Origin: Candidatus Coatesbacteria bacterium | GTDB taxonomy: Bacteria > RBG-13-66-14 > B26-G2 > JAUVZD01 | NCBI GenBank assembly: GCA_030602715.1 | Contig: JAUVZD010000001.1 | Location: forward strand, 364,557 to 428,556 | Direction of reading: 5' to 3' | Length of the DNA stretch: 64,000 nucleotides | Shown here: positions 10,438 through 20,109 of the stretch, one piece after another | Layout of the letters: every line of letters begins with the position of its first letter | How positions within the stretch are numbered: the first letter of the stretch is position 1 | Notes under the pieces: model-generated | Database searches by the model: none | What the model saw: the letters and a program-made list of their open reading frames with translations, nothing else | What the model was told of the DNA's origin: nothing | Position numbers and translations under genes: made by a program

Positions 10438-11627
10438 TTGATGCCCATCCTCTTCTCCTGCCGTTTTTTAAACTCGGCAACGCCCTCATATACCGCCCGG
10501 GCGATCAAATCCTGCCAGTAGGGGTCGTTCAGCTTCTCCTCCTCCTCCGGGTTGCTGATGAACAACCCCTCAACCAGTATGGCCGGCATATAACAGCCCA
10601 CCAGGACGAAGAAAGGCGCCTGCTTCACCCCTCGGTCGGTAGAGCCCAGACGGGCTATGAGCGCCTGCTGAACCAGCTCCGCCAGCTCGCTGGACTCCTC
10701 CAGAAACTCGTTTTGTGCTATGGCGGCAAGGATGAACTCCAGATCGGAGAGCTTGGAGGTGGATAGGTTAGGGTCTTCCATGAGGAAGTCCTCGTTCTCC
10801 CGCACCGCCACCGCCCGCTCATCGTCGGTGCGGGACTCGGAGAGGAAGAAGGTCTCCGTGCCGTTCGCCTTGGAGGAGTAGTAAGCGTTGTTGTGGATGG
10901 AGATGAACAGGTCGGCTTTAACATCGTTTGCCAGACCGGTGCGGTCGGCGAGATAGACCATGCTGTCATCATATCTACAAAGATAGACGGTAACACCCAG
11001 TTCTTTCTCCAGATAGTTCTTCAGCTTCAAAGATATCCGCAGATTGACATCCTTCTCCATAACTCCCGTCGGACCCACGGCTCCGCTAAAGCGCCCGCCA
11101 TGCCCCGGGTCTATGCAGATTGTGTTTATCGCCAGGTCATTGTCGGGGATTATCTCCTTGGGGTCATATTTATAGACATTCTCCTCGGTGCTGATATTAG
11201 AAGGATAGTCACCTGTAAAAGCCTCCTCCTTGGGGAAAATTTTTATCACTATGCGTGCCGGGTCCGAAAGCAGATAGCCCTTATATTTGCCAGCCCCCTC
11301 AATCAGGCTGATGTCCATATACAGCACATCCTGATAGTAACTGACCGAATAGCCGGCTATCAAACCGGCGCCCCCACCCTGTTCGGACACCGAGTCAGCC
11401 AGTGTGCAATCGGCGACCGAGAGGCGAAGTCCCCCGGAGGAGGTGGACCCCAATCCAAACTCGCTCTCCTGGTTCAGGGTGATTATCAAGGCGTCAAAAT
11501 CGTCATAGCTCTTCGCCACCACCTGCGCTATGGTGTAACTCGCCCCAAAGGCACATGTGCAAAGATGCAGGAGGAGAATCAGGGCTATCCCTGAACCTGT
11601 AAAAGACAATCTACCCACGAGTCGCAT
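10434..11627 (-). CDS. N-acetylmuramoyl-L-alanine amidase (Amidase_3, AmiC-like)
   Basis: ICIDPGHGG, EKDVNL, LFISIHNNA, PAILVE. Signal peptide and AMIN-like N-terminal region. Confidence 0.93.
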   Translation of the reverse strand: MRLVGRLSFTGSGIALILLLHLCTCAFGASYTIAQVVAKSYDDFDALIITLNQESEFGLGSTSSGGLRLSVADCTLADSVSEQGGGAGLIAGYSVSYYQDVLYMDISLIEGAGKYKGYLLSDPARIVIKIFPKEEAFTGDYPSNISTEENVYKYDPKEIIPDNDLAINTICIDPGHGGRFSGAVGPTGVMEKDVNLRISLKLKNYLEKELGVTVYLCRYDDSMVYLADRTGLANDVKADLFISIHNNAYYSSKANGTETFFLSESRTDDERAVAVRENEDFLMEDPNLSTSKLSDLEFILAAIAQNEFLEESSELAELVQQALIARLGSTDRGVKQAPFFVLVGCYMPAILVEGLFISNPEEEEKLNDPYWQDLIARAVYEGVAEFKKRQEKRMGIK

Positions 11628-12075
11628 CCTTGAGCTCCCTCTCCACATCACGCTCCATGTCCCTCCTTTTTATGTCCTCCCGACGGTCAATCTTGCTCTT
11701 TCCCCGCACCAGCGCCAACTGCACCTTCACCTTTCCCGCCTTGAAATAGAGCTTGAGGGGAACCAAGGTCAGCCCCCTCTCCTGCACTTTACCGGTGATG
11801 CGCTTAATCTGCCACTTGTGCAGTAGAAGACGCCTGGGTCGTCGGGGGTCCAGATTCTGGTGGCTGGCGGGAGCGTAGGGGGCTATGTGCATGCCATAAA
11901 GGAAGACCTCCCCATGCACCGGTCTGCCGTAAGCTTCCTTAAGGCTCACCCGTCCACTGCGCAGGGACTTTACCTCAGCACCTATCAGAGAAATACCTGC
12001 CTCAAACTCCTCTATCACCTCATAATAGAAGCGTGCCCTGCGGTTCTTTACGATGATTTTTATCTTCTCGTCCAT
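11611..12075 (-). CDS. smpB: SsrA-binding protein SmpB
   Basis: NRRARFYY, EAGISLIGAEVKSLR, RRLLLHK, GLTLVPLKLYFK, GKSKIDRRE. Confidence 0.97.
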   Translation of the reverse strand: MDEKIKIIVKNRRARFYYEVIEEFEAGISLIGAEVKSLRSGRVSLKEAYGRPVHGEVFLYGMHIAPYAPASHQNLDPRRPRRLLLHKWQIKRITGKVQERGLTLVPLKLYFKAGKVKVQLALVRGKSKIDRREDIKRRDMERDVERELKDATRG

Positions 12076-12097
12076 AAGATGATTTTAAGTTTACCCC

Positions 12098-12126
12098 ATT
12101 ATAAAAAAAGCCCTGCACCCTGTCAA
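12098..12126 (-). promoter_or_regulatory. Sigma70-type promoter of smpB
   Basis: Minus strand TTGACA-17 nt-TATAAT, a perfect consensus, 22 nt upstream of the start. Confidence 0.85.
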
Positions 12127-12167
12127 GGGATTAGGATTCTAATTGGATTAAATCTACCCAAATATCC

Positions 12168-15041
12168 CTAATAATTCCACCCCACGAAGAACCGCACCGG
12201 GGTGTCCTTGGAGATGGAATGAAAGTCGGTCTTTTTGGCGACATCCAGCCTGAAGACGAAGACATTGAACAGTCCCCAGCGAAGGCTGAAGCCAAAGTCC
12301 CCCCTCACTCCCCCCAGCTTCTCGTCCCAGGCTTCACCTATATCAAAGAATAAAGCCCCGTGGAAGCTCCCCAGATTTGCTTTCCCAATCGGCGTATCTA
12401 TGACCATTTCTTTCAGAATGGGGAAACGTAGTTCCTGGTTGAATATAAACAACTTGGTGCCCATAAAATCACGATATTTATAGCCCCGCATGGAGAGGCT
12501 CCCCCCCATAGCCAAGGGAAGGACATCAGGGCCTCCACTGGCCCGAAAGATGAGCCTCAGGGCATAACAGCTCTGCTGGCTTATGCGGACATATCGGCGC
12601 AGGTCGCAGGAAAGGAGGTAATACTGGAACTCCTGTCGGGTCAAGTCGCCGGTCTGGCTTACGGTCAGATTATAGCGGGAGCCGTCAATGGGACCCACCG
12701 AGTTCCACAGGGAAGTATCTTTGACAAAGCTGACATAGTGCGAAATTGCCACACCACCCTTCAAAGGCTCATCAAAGAAAGACCGCCTGAAGCCGTAGAG
12801 GTTTACTCCAGATTCAATACGATAGAAACGGGAGAGGGGATAGGAAAGGAGGACGGTTGCACCGTAACGCCTTTCGCTGTAGAGGTAGCCCAGGTTCCAA
12901 TCGTAGTAGTCGTCCAGGTAATGAAAGCCCCCCAAGCCGAAGTTGAGACGGTGGGCGAGATTATAGTAATTGACCCCTATATTCATTCGGCTGAAGAAGT
13001 CGCCTACGGTCTCTGCGGAGTTGGAGAAGCTCAAAGTGATCATATTATCGTTAAGCATGTCGGTAAAACTGAAGATAGCCCCAGCCCCACCTCCGAAGTC
13101 CGGGGAATATGCCACCTCAGCCTGGATGATATCCAGGGAATAGTCGGCGCTATACTTTTCGTGGGGATAATCGTCCGCCATATCCCCCTCCGCTTCCTCC
13201 TGGCCATCTCCTTCCTCTAAAATGACCTCCACCGAGCCGATGAAAGCAGAGCGATAGGGCATGGTCAAAATAGAGATGTTTCCCTCACTATAGCAGTCAA
13301 ATATCAGCTCCTCTCCATCCGTGGTCAGGGTGGGCTCAAATGCTCCGGTGGTGAAGTTGGTATTCTGCCAGAGCTCGCCCGTGGAAAGGTCAAGAGTGTA
13401 AATATTGAACCGCCCACTGCGGTCGGAGGCGAAGAGAACCTTACCACCTTCAAGAGGACGGGGATGGATATCCCGGCAGTGCTCATAGGTCAAACGCTCC
13501 ACCTCCCCAAGCCCACCTTCTTCGGTCAACTTCAACAGATACAGACTGCTCTCGTCCTCCCCCTCATCCGCCGAGCGGTCGGAGGAGAAGAGGACGTTTT
13601 CTCCATCGGGCAGGACGGTTGGGTCCCGGTCTGCATATCGGTCGTCGGTCAGAGCGGTCAGCTCCCCGTTAGCTCTATCCAGCAGATAGATGTCCATCTG
13701 CCCGGAGAGGTCCTGCCCGGCAAAGACCAGTTTATCCCCCCGGGGAAAGAAGGCGGGCGAAAAGATGCCTATCAATTTTTCAAAGCGGTAGGTGGCGACC
13801 ACCTCCCGGCTGTTCAAATCCATTATGTTGAGCACATCGTTTGCCCCGCTCTTGGAGACGAAGGCAAGCTCGCCTGACGGGCTCACCGCCAGGGAACTGC
13901 GGAAGATATGCAGGGACTCAAACTCAGGCGTCCGCTGACCCTTGACGATACACTCCACATCGCTCAAATAGATGCTTCTTACACCATGGTCACTTACCTC
14001 CAGACAACCCATATAGATATTGGTGTAGCCACTGCGATTGGAGACGAAGACCAGGTAATCTCTGCCGCCCAGGGTGAAGGCTTCAGCTGAGACATCAACA
14101 CTCTCGCTCTTCGCCAGGGGGAGAGCGGAGGTGGTCGGCTCATCGTACTCCACCACCAGGGGAAGATACTCCTCCCGCAGTTTCCCCTCCCAGCCCCGAG
14201 AGAGCGTCCCCACATCCACGCCCAGAGTAAACTCCATCACCTTGTTGAAGCTCTCATCCACCCAGATATTGTCCAGCATAGCCGGTATCTTATCCTCCCC
14301 GTAGGTCTCGGCGATGTATCCCACCAGGCTCTGCCCTTCCTTATAAACCAGATATGAGCGGTAAGAATGATGAATATCCTCCAGGGGGGCAAAGTAGCCG
14401 TTAAGAACCGCATCACCAAGCACCATATCCGCTTCGCTGTCCCACCGGGATGAGTAATACTCGGCGATTCCCTCCATATACCACAACGGAGGGATGGGAT
14501 AGTAGAACTTGTCCCGGGAGCGCATCACAAACTTTATCTTGTTGAGGGTGAAGTAGTGGACTACTTCGTGGGTGAGGGTGGCACGGAAGCGGGAAAGGGA
14601 GCCGTCAAAGGGCATCAACACCCGACCCTTGAAGAACTCGGTCACCCCTGCGACGGATTCGGGAAGGATGTAGGGGATGACATTGGTCTCCTGGAAGGGT
14701 TGATGGCTGGAGTAGATGATAAGGGGGATTTTGGATGTAAGGGTGTGGTTGAGATGGACCGAGAGGGTGGGGATTATGGTCTCCAGCATCTCGGCGGCTT
14801 CCAGAGCGAGCCACTTCTCCTGGGGGTAGAAATATATGTCAGCGGAAGGAGTGTGCATGACCTGCCAATCCAGGTCCAGGTATTGCACCTTGTTTTTTCC
14901 GAAATAGTAGTATCCACAAGACACCTCTGGCAACACCAGGAGAGAGAGAGCTACCACGATAAACAAACAAACTCCCAACTTTGCCGTTGCTCTCCCAGTA
15001 TATCGGTGAACAGGAGTTCTATCTTCGGTAAAAATACGCAA
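12168..15041 (-). CDS. Omp85-family outer membrane protein with N-terminal gluzincin (peptidase MA-like) domain and PD40/WD40-like propeller
   Basis: Signal peptide, YFGKNKVQY, HEVVH followed by LWYMEGIAEY, PD40-like repeats, C-terminal barrel with LAMGGSLSMRGY and terminal FFVGWNY. Confidence 0.85.
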   Translation of the reverse strand: MRIFTEDRTPVHRYTGRATAKLGVCLFIVVALSLLVLPEVSCGYYYFGKNKVQYLDLDWQVMHTPSADIYFYPQEKWLALEAAEMLETIIPTLSVHLNHTLTSKIPLIIYSSHQPFQETNVIPYILPESVAGVTEFFKGRVLMPFDGSLSRFRATLTHEVVHYFTLNKIKFVMRSRDKFYYPIPPLWYMEGIAEYYSSRWDSEADMVLGDAVLNGYFAPLEDIHHSYRSYLVYKEGQSLVGYIAETYGEDKIPAMLDNIWVDESFNKVMEFTLGVDVGTLSRGWEGKLREEYLPLVVEYDEPTTSALPLAKSESVDVSAEAFTLGGRDYLVFVSNRSGYTNIYMGCLEVSDHGVRSIYLSDVECIVKGQRTPEFESLHIFRSSLAVSPSGELAFVSKSGANDVLNIMDLNSREVVATYRFEKLIGIFSPAFFPRGDKLVFAGQDLSGQMDIYLLDRANGELTALTDDRYADRDPTVLPDGENVLFSSDRSADEGEDESSLYLLKLTEEGGLGEVERLTYEHCRDIHPRPLEGGKVLFASDRSGRFNIYTLDLSTGELWQNTNFTTGAFEPTLTTDGEELIFDCYSEGNISILTMPYRSAFIGSVEVILEEGDGQEEAEGDMADDYPHEKYSADYSLDIIQAEVAYSPDFGGGAGAIFSFTDMLNDNMITLSFSNSAETVGDFFSRMNIGVNYYNLAHRLNFGLGGFHYLDDYYDWNLGYLYSERRYGATVLLSYPLSRFYRIESGVNLYGFRRSFFDEPLKGGVAISHYVSFVKDTSLWNSVGPIDGSRYNLTVSQTGDLTRQEFQYYLLSCDLRRYVRISQQSCYALRLIFRASGGPDVLPLAMGGSLSMRGYKYRDFMGTKLFIFNQELRFPILKEMVIDTPIGKANLGSFHGALFFDIGEAWDEKLGGVRGDFGFSLRWGLFNVFVFRLDVAKKTDFHSISKDTPVRFFVGWNY

Positions 15042-15052
15042 GGTGGTTTGTG

Positions 15053-15217
15053 CTACTTACTCTTCTTATGCCGCCTGCCAGCCAACCAGGCGTGAATCAG
15101 AATGGTGAGGCTGATGGTGTCCAGAGCTATAAGGATACAGAGAATTGCTAAATCCGGTAGAATATAACACTCCACCACCTTGAATGTTTTCAGAATAAGA
15201 AAAATAATTGAAGCCAT
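15053..15217 (-). CDS. Possible small hydrophobic protein (54 aa)
   Basis: GGAGG RBS ahead of ATG 15217, hydrophobic core, basic tail. Fills an AT-rich gap. No recognisable family. Confidence 0.35.
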   Translation of the reverse strand: MASIIFLILKTFKVVECYILPDLAILCILIALDTISLTILIHAWLAGRRHKKSK

Positions 15218-15246
15218 CCATTCACCTCCTGTTAACAGGGTATCTT

Positions 15247-16026
15247 CTATCCCTTCCTGCCCAGAGCATAGAACCAGGGTAGATATACCATCCATTCGCC
15301 GGCATCAAGCGCTTGACGCTCCTCCCGCTTCAATCGCTGTAGCTTCCCTTGCGACACAATATCCTTCCAAGCTCGCTCTCTGAACCACCAGGAGAGCTCA
15401 AAATCGCCCTCATCGCCCTCCCCCAGCACCTGTCCCTGAACTCCCACCTCGGTCTTCAAGCCAGCCTTTACAAACAACTTGCGCAGTCGCCTTCCCAGAA
15501 ATGGGTCCAGCCCCTCCCGCCGTAAACTCTCCAGGTGTAGTTCTGCTATCTCCTTAAGGGGCCAGCAGATGAATCCACCGTAATCCGGTTCTGCACAGGC
15601 TACCACCCAACCTCCCCGGCGAGTAACCCGAGCCATCTCCTGCACCATATCGTCGGGTGTCTGCGACCAGAAGAGTGTGAGATGGCACACAGCCGCCGAG
15701 AAGGTCTCATCCTCAAAGGGGAGAGCCTCACCCGAAGCTAAGCAGTGCAGAATCCCTTCATCTCCACTGTGTACGGCTTTCGCCCGGCGGAGAAGCTCCT
15801 CATCCCTATCCACCGCCACCAGCGAACCGGAGGAACGATGTGCCAGCTCAGCGCTTATCACTCCGCTTCCCGCACCCACCTCTAGAACAGGCGAAATACG
15901 GGCGATATTTATGCGCCGATACAAAAAATTGCGAGTGGCGTAGCTGAACTCAGCCTGCCTGCGCAGATAATATTCCCATTCCTCAGCACTCAAGCCTGCT
16001 ATACGACGCTCCCCTTCACCCATCAT
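15247..16026 (-). CDS. Class I SAM-dependent methyltransferase
   Basis: VLEVGAGSG, VAVDRD, LPFEDETF, MARVTRRGG, AEPDYGG. Starts 5 nt after the radical SAM stop. Confidence 0.88.
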   Translation of the reverse strand: MMGEGERRIAGLSAEEWEYYLRRQAEFSYATRNFLYRRINIARISPVLEVGAGSGVISAELAHRSSGSLVAVDRDEELLRRAKAVHSGDEGILHCLASGEALPFEDETFSAAVCHLTLFWSQTPDDMVQEMARVTRRGGWVVACAEPDYGGFICWPLKEIAELHLESLRREGLDPFLGRRLRKLFVKAGLKTEVGVQGQVLGEGDEGDFELSWWFRERAWKDIVSQGKLQRLKREERQALDAGEWMVYLPWFYALGRKG

Positions 16027-16031
16027 TGAGC

Positions 16032-17396
16032 CTAAGCGGTTGAGACGCTCTCCATGCAGTATAGAACCTCCTCCTCGGAGACCGCCAGGGGACAGCCCCC
16101 ACCGCAGACCTCCAACTCCGGGCAGTCATGGCACTTCTCCATCAGGAACTTCCGCTCCCGCAAATCCTCCAATAAGGTATGATGCCAGATTTTTTCCCAA
16201 TCATCCTTGAGGATATTACCCACCGATTGATAGTAGCTCTGGCAGGGGAGCACCTCTCCATCCGGCTCTACGCACATATTATACTTCCCCGCAGTGCATT
16301 GCTTTATACCCAGCTCCAGTTCAAGGGGGTTGAAAAGGCAATATTGGGTGGGGGTATACCAGATAAAGCGCAGGTTGTTGCGCTGGCAAGCGGAGAGAAG
16401 CCTCGGCAGAACTTCGCTCAATTCATCCTCGGATATCGCAAAGGGGTAGCCCTTGCCGTGCCCGGAGCAGATGATGCCGTTTGCGGCGATCACCTCCAAC
16501 CCCAGGGAAGCAAGAAAGTCCACCGTCTTTTCAATAGTCGGCGAGTTATGCTTGGTCAGTGTAGTGTTGGTAATAGTATAGACCGGGGTGTTGATGGCGT
16601 TCTTTATGCTGGCTACGGTCTCCCGCCAGGCACCTTTCTCTCCCACCATCAGGTTGTGGATGGACTCATCATGGCTCTCCAGGGTAATCTGAAAATGGTC
16701 TATTCCGGCAAGCACCAGTCCATCAAGATAGTCCTTATCGGCTAGTTTGCGCCCGTTGGTCAGAAGCCCGGTAACCACCCCCAAATCCTCGGCATACTCC
16801 ACAAGCTCCCGCAAATCCTCCCGCACTGTAGCCTCACCGCCGGTAAAGCAGATATGGGGAATTCCCGCCTCCCAGCAACGCTTGATGACCTTCTTCCACT
16901 GCTCGGTAGAGAACTCCTCAACCTGGCGGGGCTTGCCGACATAACAGTGGGGGCACATATTCTGACAGCGGTAGGTCAAAGCCAGGTCCATGCGGTAGGG
17001 GGCTATGGTCTCGGAGGTAAAGGGCTCAATGCGTTCAACATCCAGGAAGGTTATGGGACAGACATCGTCGGTTGTGGTGAGGATATCCATCATCTCCTTA
17101 ATCCTCTCCAAATCATCCACAACCTGCTTTTTGCTCACCCGATAGCGCCGTTTCATGCTCTTGATTATCTCTTCGTCGTCGGCGTCAGCCATAATCATCC
17201 TGGCATACTCCGTGCCGGTGGGATTGAGATGGATAATCTTGCTGGCGTTCAGTATCAGCGTGCCCGCGCCCCCCTCCTCCACCCGCAGGTGGAGCCGAAA
17301 GTTGCCGAACTCGTTATCTATTCGCTTCTCATACAAGCCCGTTTCCAGTGGCTTCTGTATGGTGAAGAATCCCTTTATTTTCCCTTTCACTCCCAT
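16032..17396 (-). CDS. Radical SAM/SPASM peptide-maturase-like protein with N-terminal PqqD/RRE-like domain
   Basis: CQNMCPHC, FTGGEAT, LLTNG. SPASM motifs CTAGKYNMCVEPDGEVLPC and CHDCPELEVCGGGC. N-terminal LNPTG..YARMI..DDEEII..RRYRV..VVDDL resembles PqqD. Confidence 0.9.
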   Translation of the reverse strand: MGVKGKIKGFFTIQKPLETGLYEKRIDNEFGNFRLHLRVEEGGAGTLILNASKIIHLNPTGTEYARMIMADADDEEIIKSMKRRYRVSKKQVVDDLERIKEMMDILTTTDDVCPITFLDVERIEPFTSETIAPYRMDLALTYRCQNMCPHCYVGKPRQVEEFSTEQWKKVIKRCWEAGIPHICFTGGEATVREDLRELVEYAEDLGVVTGLLTNGRKLADKDYLDGLVLAGIDHFQITLESHDESIHNLMVGEKGAWRETVASIKNAINTPVYTITNTTLTKHNSPTIEKTVDFLASLGLEVIAANGIICSGHGKGYPFAISEDELSEVLPRLLSACQRNNLRFIWYTPTQYCLFNPLELELGIKQCTAGKYNMCVEPDGEVLPCQSYYQSVGNILKDDWEKIWHHTLLEDLRERKFLMEKCHDCPELEVCGGGCPLAVSEEEVLYCMESVSTA

Positions 17397-17421
17397 AGTC
17401 CTTACCCCTTGAAGAAACCGG

Positions 17422-17613
17422 TCATACCTGTTGCTGTTCCAGAGCTATCACCACCAACTCGTCATCCTCTTGCAGGTGGAAACCCACCTTCGGGTTCAGA
17501 TAAAGCTTACCCTCCCTTATCACCTCAACCGGTATAGCCCGATGGTTATGCATAAGGATCCCAAAAACCAAACAACATAACTGACGAGAATTACAGTGGT
17601 TATCTTTCTCCAA
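17422..17613 (-). pseudogene. Remnant of a TrkA-C/RCK C-terminal domain
   Basis: AIPVEVIREGKLYLNPKVGFHLQEDDELVVIA matches the RCK-C pattern. No N-terminal domains are present. Confidence 0.45.
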
Positions 17614-17855
17614 TTACGACGCAAAATACAATATATCCAGAATAAAATCCTGGTAGCACTATTCATATCCATCCCTCAAACTATATTCTTATTTATGAAA
17701 AGTATATCACGAATTTAGTCCAACTGTAAAGGGAATAAATGCCCCTTTAATCCCCTCCTATTCCGCAAAAAAGACTGATTTTGCCCTAAAGTTGGATTTT
17801 ATTCCATATCACTTACCGAGTAGCCTGGGGTCAGCTTATGTATATGATAAATTAA

Positions 17856-17881
17856 AGGGTGTCCTTATGCAAGGACACCCT
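17856..17881 (-). terminator. Intrinsic terminator downstream of the Cys-tail membrane protein gene
   Basis: Perfect 11-bp stem AGGGTGTCCTT/AAGGACACCCT with a 4-nt loop, followed by TTAATTT on the minus strand, 15 nt after the stop. Confidence 0.75.
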
Positions 17882-17896
17882 AAAAAATACTCAACC

Positions 17897-19534
17897 CTAT
17901 CTTCCACCACCGGCGCAGGCACAGGCACATCCGGCGCAAGCGCAAGCGCAGGCGCAAGAACTACCCCCACCACTACTTCTTCCACCCCCGCCCTTGTAAG
18001 ATGATACCGGCGGGGGATTGGTCTTGGCGGTAACTCCACCGGTGAAACCGGTTACGCTTCCCACTATGTTCTTTGAGAAATTCTGCATCTTACCGATGAC
18101 CCCGGCGGCGAAGGAAGAACCGGGAAGTGAGGGCACGGTTATCTTCCCCCCGCCCGCACCCCCCCTACCCCCACCAACTGTGCCGGGCCACCAGCCCGGC
18201 GCATAGACCGTTCTGCCGACGAAGATGGTGCGGGTGTTCTCCTCAAAGTCATCGTCCATTATAGTCCACTCTACATTATCCTCCCAACGAGCCATCGCCA
18301 GCTCCGGAGTATCCGCACTCTTCACCGTCTCCCATGCCTTCTTGACGATGGATTGGTAATACTCAATCGTCTCCCTTCGGCTGAAGCCCTTCATCCGCTT
18401 GTTGACATTCTTGATCATATTGATCAGCACCTTGCGCAGTCTGACTTCGCTCAAATTACCTTTTTTGGTAATCGCCTCCATAAATTCCACCTCATACTCA
18501 CGCGGTTTAGCATCCGATGGTATAGATAGCTTCTTCAGCTTCAGGGGGTCCTCCGACTTCACCGAAAGAGAGCGTTTCTTCAACAGTCCGAACAGTATCA
18601 TGGTCAATATCTTATTTAGAGGAAGCTCCAGGACCAGGGCGGCTTCAGGGGCGGTCAAGCCCCGCTTTATGCCCACACCCTCTATTGAGGCTTTGGCGGG
18701 CATGTATTTCATCCTCCTCATCCTATTGCCGACGACGGCGAGGAAGATGATTATGCCGATTGTCCCGAAGGGAATCAGACAGGGCAGGAAGGTGAAGATA
18801 AAACCCAGCAGACCACTTAAGAACTTCTCAAAGCCCGAAGGCGGTGAGCTTATCGGACCGGTCACATAGGCTCTGGGGAAGGAGACTCCAAAAAAATACT
18901 GGGTGTAGGGGTTGGCGGAAGGATTATGCCAGGTATAGACTACTCGGTCATCTAGAAATCCCATAGCGGTGGGTGGGCTCATATCTTCGCCGGTGTGGTA
19001 GCGGGGCTCCTCGGAGTTCAAGCCCGGCGGAAAGTGGATGTGCACGGTCAGGTCGGTGGTGCCGTGGGCGTAATCACTGCCGAACCAGGTGGTGGCGAAG
19101 ACCACGCTGGCGTAGTTCTGGTCGCTTTCGTCGCCGTAGACCATATTGTAGTTGCGCCCCATCACCGTCAGGGTCTTGGTCTCCCCGGGCATTATCTGCT
19201 GGCTACCGCTCAGGTGCACCTCAATGCCGATGTCTATGTATTCCGAGACCCGGATATCGTATAACTGCTCACCGTCAATCCAGGCTTCACAGGAGTCGAG
19301 ATCGTAATCATTTGAGGGAAAGCCGACATCCACCACATCTATGGGGTCGGCGAATGTGTCGTTACTGAATGTAAATTGATACTGGATGACCAGGGAGCAG
19401 TCCGGGTCAATGAATACATCCACCACCTCTTTGGGCATCGCGAAGTAATAATATTGCCCGTAAGCGACGGCACCCGAAAACAACACCGCCAAAAAAGCCA
19501 CCCAGAGGAAATGTCTCATCGCTTTCTCCATCAT
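17897..19534 (-). CDS. Membrane protein with Gly/Ser linker and C-terminal Cys-Ala repeat tail (CACACACAGCACACAGGGR)
   Basis: Signal peptide, DUF2207-like beta ectodomain, TM LLGFIFTFLPCLIPFGTIGIIIFLAVVG, cytoplasmic domain KRGLTAPEAALVL, 7-Cys tail. GGAGG RBS. Confidence 0.9.
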   Translation of the reverse strand: MMEKAMRHFLWVAFLAVLFSGAVAYGQYYYFAMPKEVVDVFIDPDCSLVIQYQFTFSNDTFADPIDVVDVGFPSNDYDLDSCEAWIDGEQLYDIRVSEYIDIGIEVHLSGSQQIMPGETKTLTVMGRNYNMVYGDESDQNYASVVFATTWFGSDYAHGTTDLTVHIHFPPGLNSEEPRYHTGEDMSPPTAMGFLDDRVVYTWHNPSANPYTQYFFGVSFPRAYVTGPISSPPSGFEKFLSGLLGFIFTFLPCLIPFGTIGIIIFLAVVGNRMRRMKYMPAKASIEGVGIKRGLTAPEAALVLELPLNKILTMILFGLLKKRSLSVKSEDPLKLKKLSIPSDAKPREYEVEFMEAITKKGNLSEVRLRKVLINMIKNVNKRMKGFSRRETIEYYQSIVKKAWETVKSADTPELAMARWEDNVEWTIMDDDFEENTRTIFVGRTVYAPGWWPGTVGGGRGGAGGGKITVPSLPGSSFAAGVIGKMQNFSKNIVGSVTGFTGGVTAKTNPPPVSSYKGGGGRSSGGGSSCACACACAGCACACAGGGR

Positions 19535-19562
19535 CTATCCTCCATTTTACGATTTTCCCTCA

Positions 19563-19757
19563 TCATCTGTGGACTATTCTATAGATGCGACCGCAATATG
19601 AACACCTGAATCTATACATGGACACTTGCTCGTTATCCTCCCCAAGCGGCGCACCGCAGGAGTAGCAATGCATCCGCTCCCTCCCCAACCCACGATACCT
19701 CTCCTCCAACCCTCCCCGCAAAAGTTTTAGCTCTCCCCTATGACCGTCTCCCTCCAT
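19563..19757 (-). CDS. Small zinc-ribbon protein
   Basis: CYSCGAPL...CSYCG. Starts 2 nt after the upstream stop. Confidence 0.7.
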   Translation of the reverse strand: MEGDGHRGELKLLRGGLEERYRGLGRERMHCYSCGAPLGEDNEQVSMYRFRCSYCGRIYRIVHR

Positions 19758-19759
19758 CC

Positions 19760-20086
19760 CTAATCCTTCTCATCGTCCACATAGACCTGATAACTAGCCC
19801 CGCAGAAAGGGCAACTGACCAACGCCAGGTTACCCTCTATGACCAGATCATCCCTCTTAATCGGCGCCCCGCACTTTTTGCATTCTATCTCCTCAAGTTT
19901 GATCTTGCCACCAAGCTGTATCTCCTCCCTGGAGCCTGAGGTCGCTGTGGGCTCGCCCCTTCCCTCCTTCCTACCCGAGGCCAAGGACTTGATTATGGCA
20001 ATCACCACGACGACTAAAGCCGCCAAGAAGATAAGCACGAAGATGAAACCAAGCCCCATCATACCACTCATACCCATATGACCCAT
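19760..20086 (-). CDS. Membrane-anchored zinc-ribbon protein
   Basis: One TM, then CKKCGAPI...CPFCGASYQV. Start placed at ATG 20086 after GGAGG; the alternative is GTG 20116. Confidence 0.82.
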   Translation of the reverse strand: MGHMGMSGMMGLGFIFVLIFLAALVVVVIAIIKSLASGRKEGRGEPTATSGSREEIQLGGKIKLEEIECKKCGAPIKRDDLVIEGNLALVSCPFCGASYQVYVDDEKD

Positions 20087-20109
20087 AACCCAATCCCTCC
20101 AAGGAGCAT

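Noticed and set aside
11611-12167. tmRNA (ssrA) beside smpB
   Set aside because: No tRNA-like GGGG...CCA ends or room for it in the flanking gaps.
17897-17956. Cys-Ala tail as a DNA microsatellite or phase-variation tract
   Set aside because: The codons vary synonymously, so there is no perfect DNA repeat.
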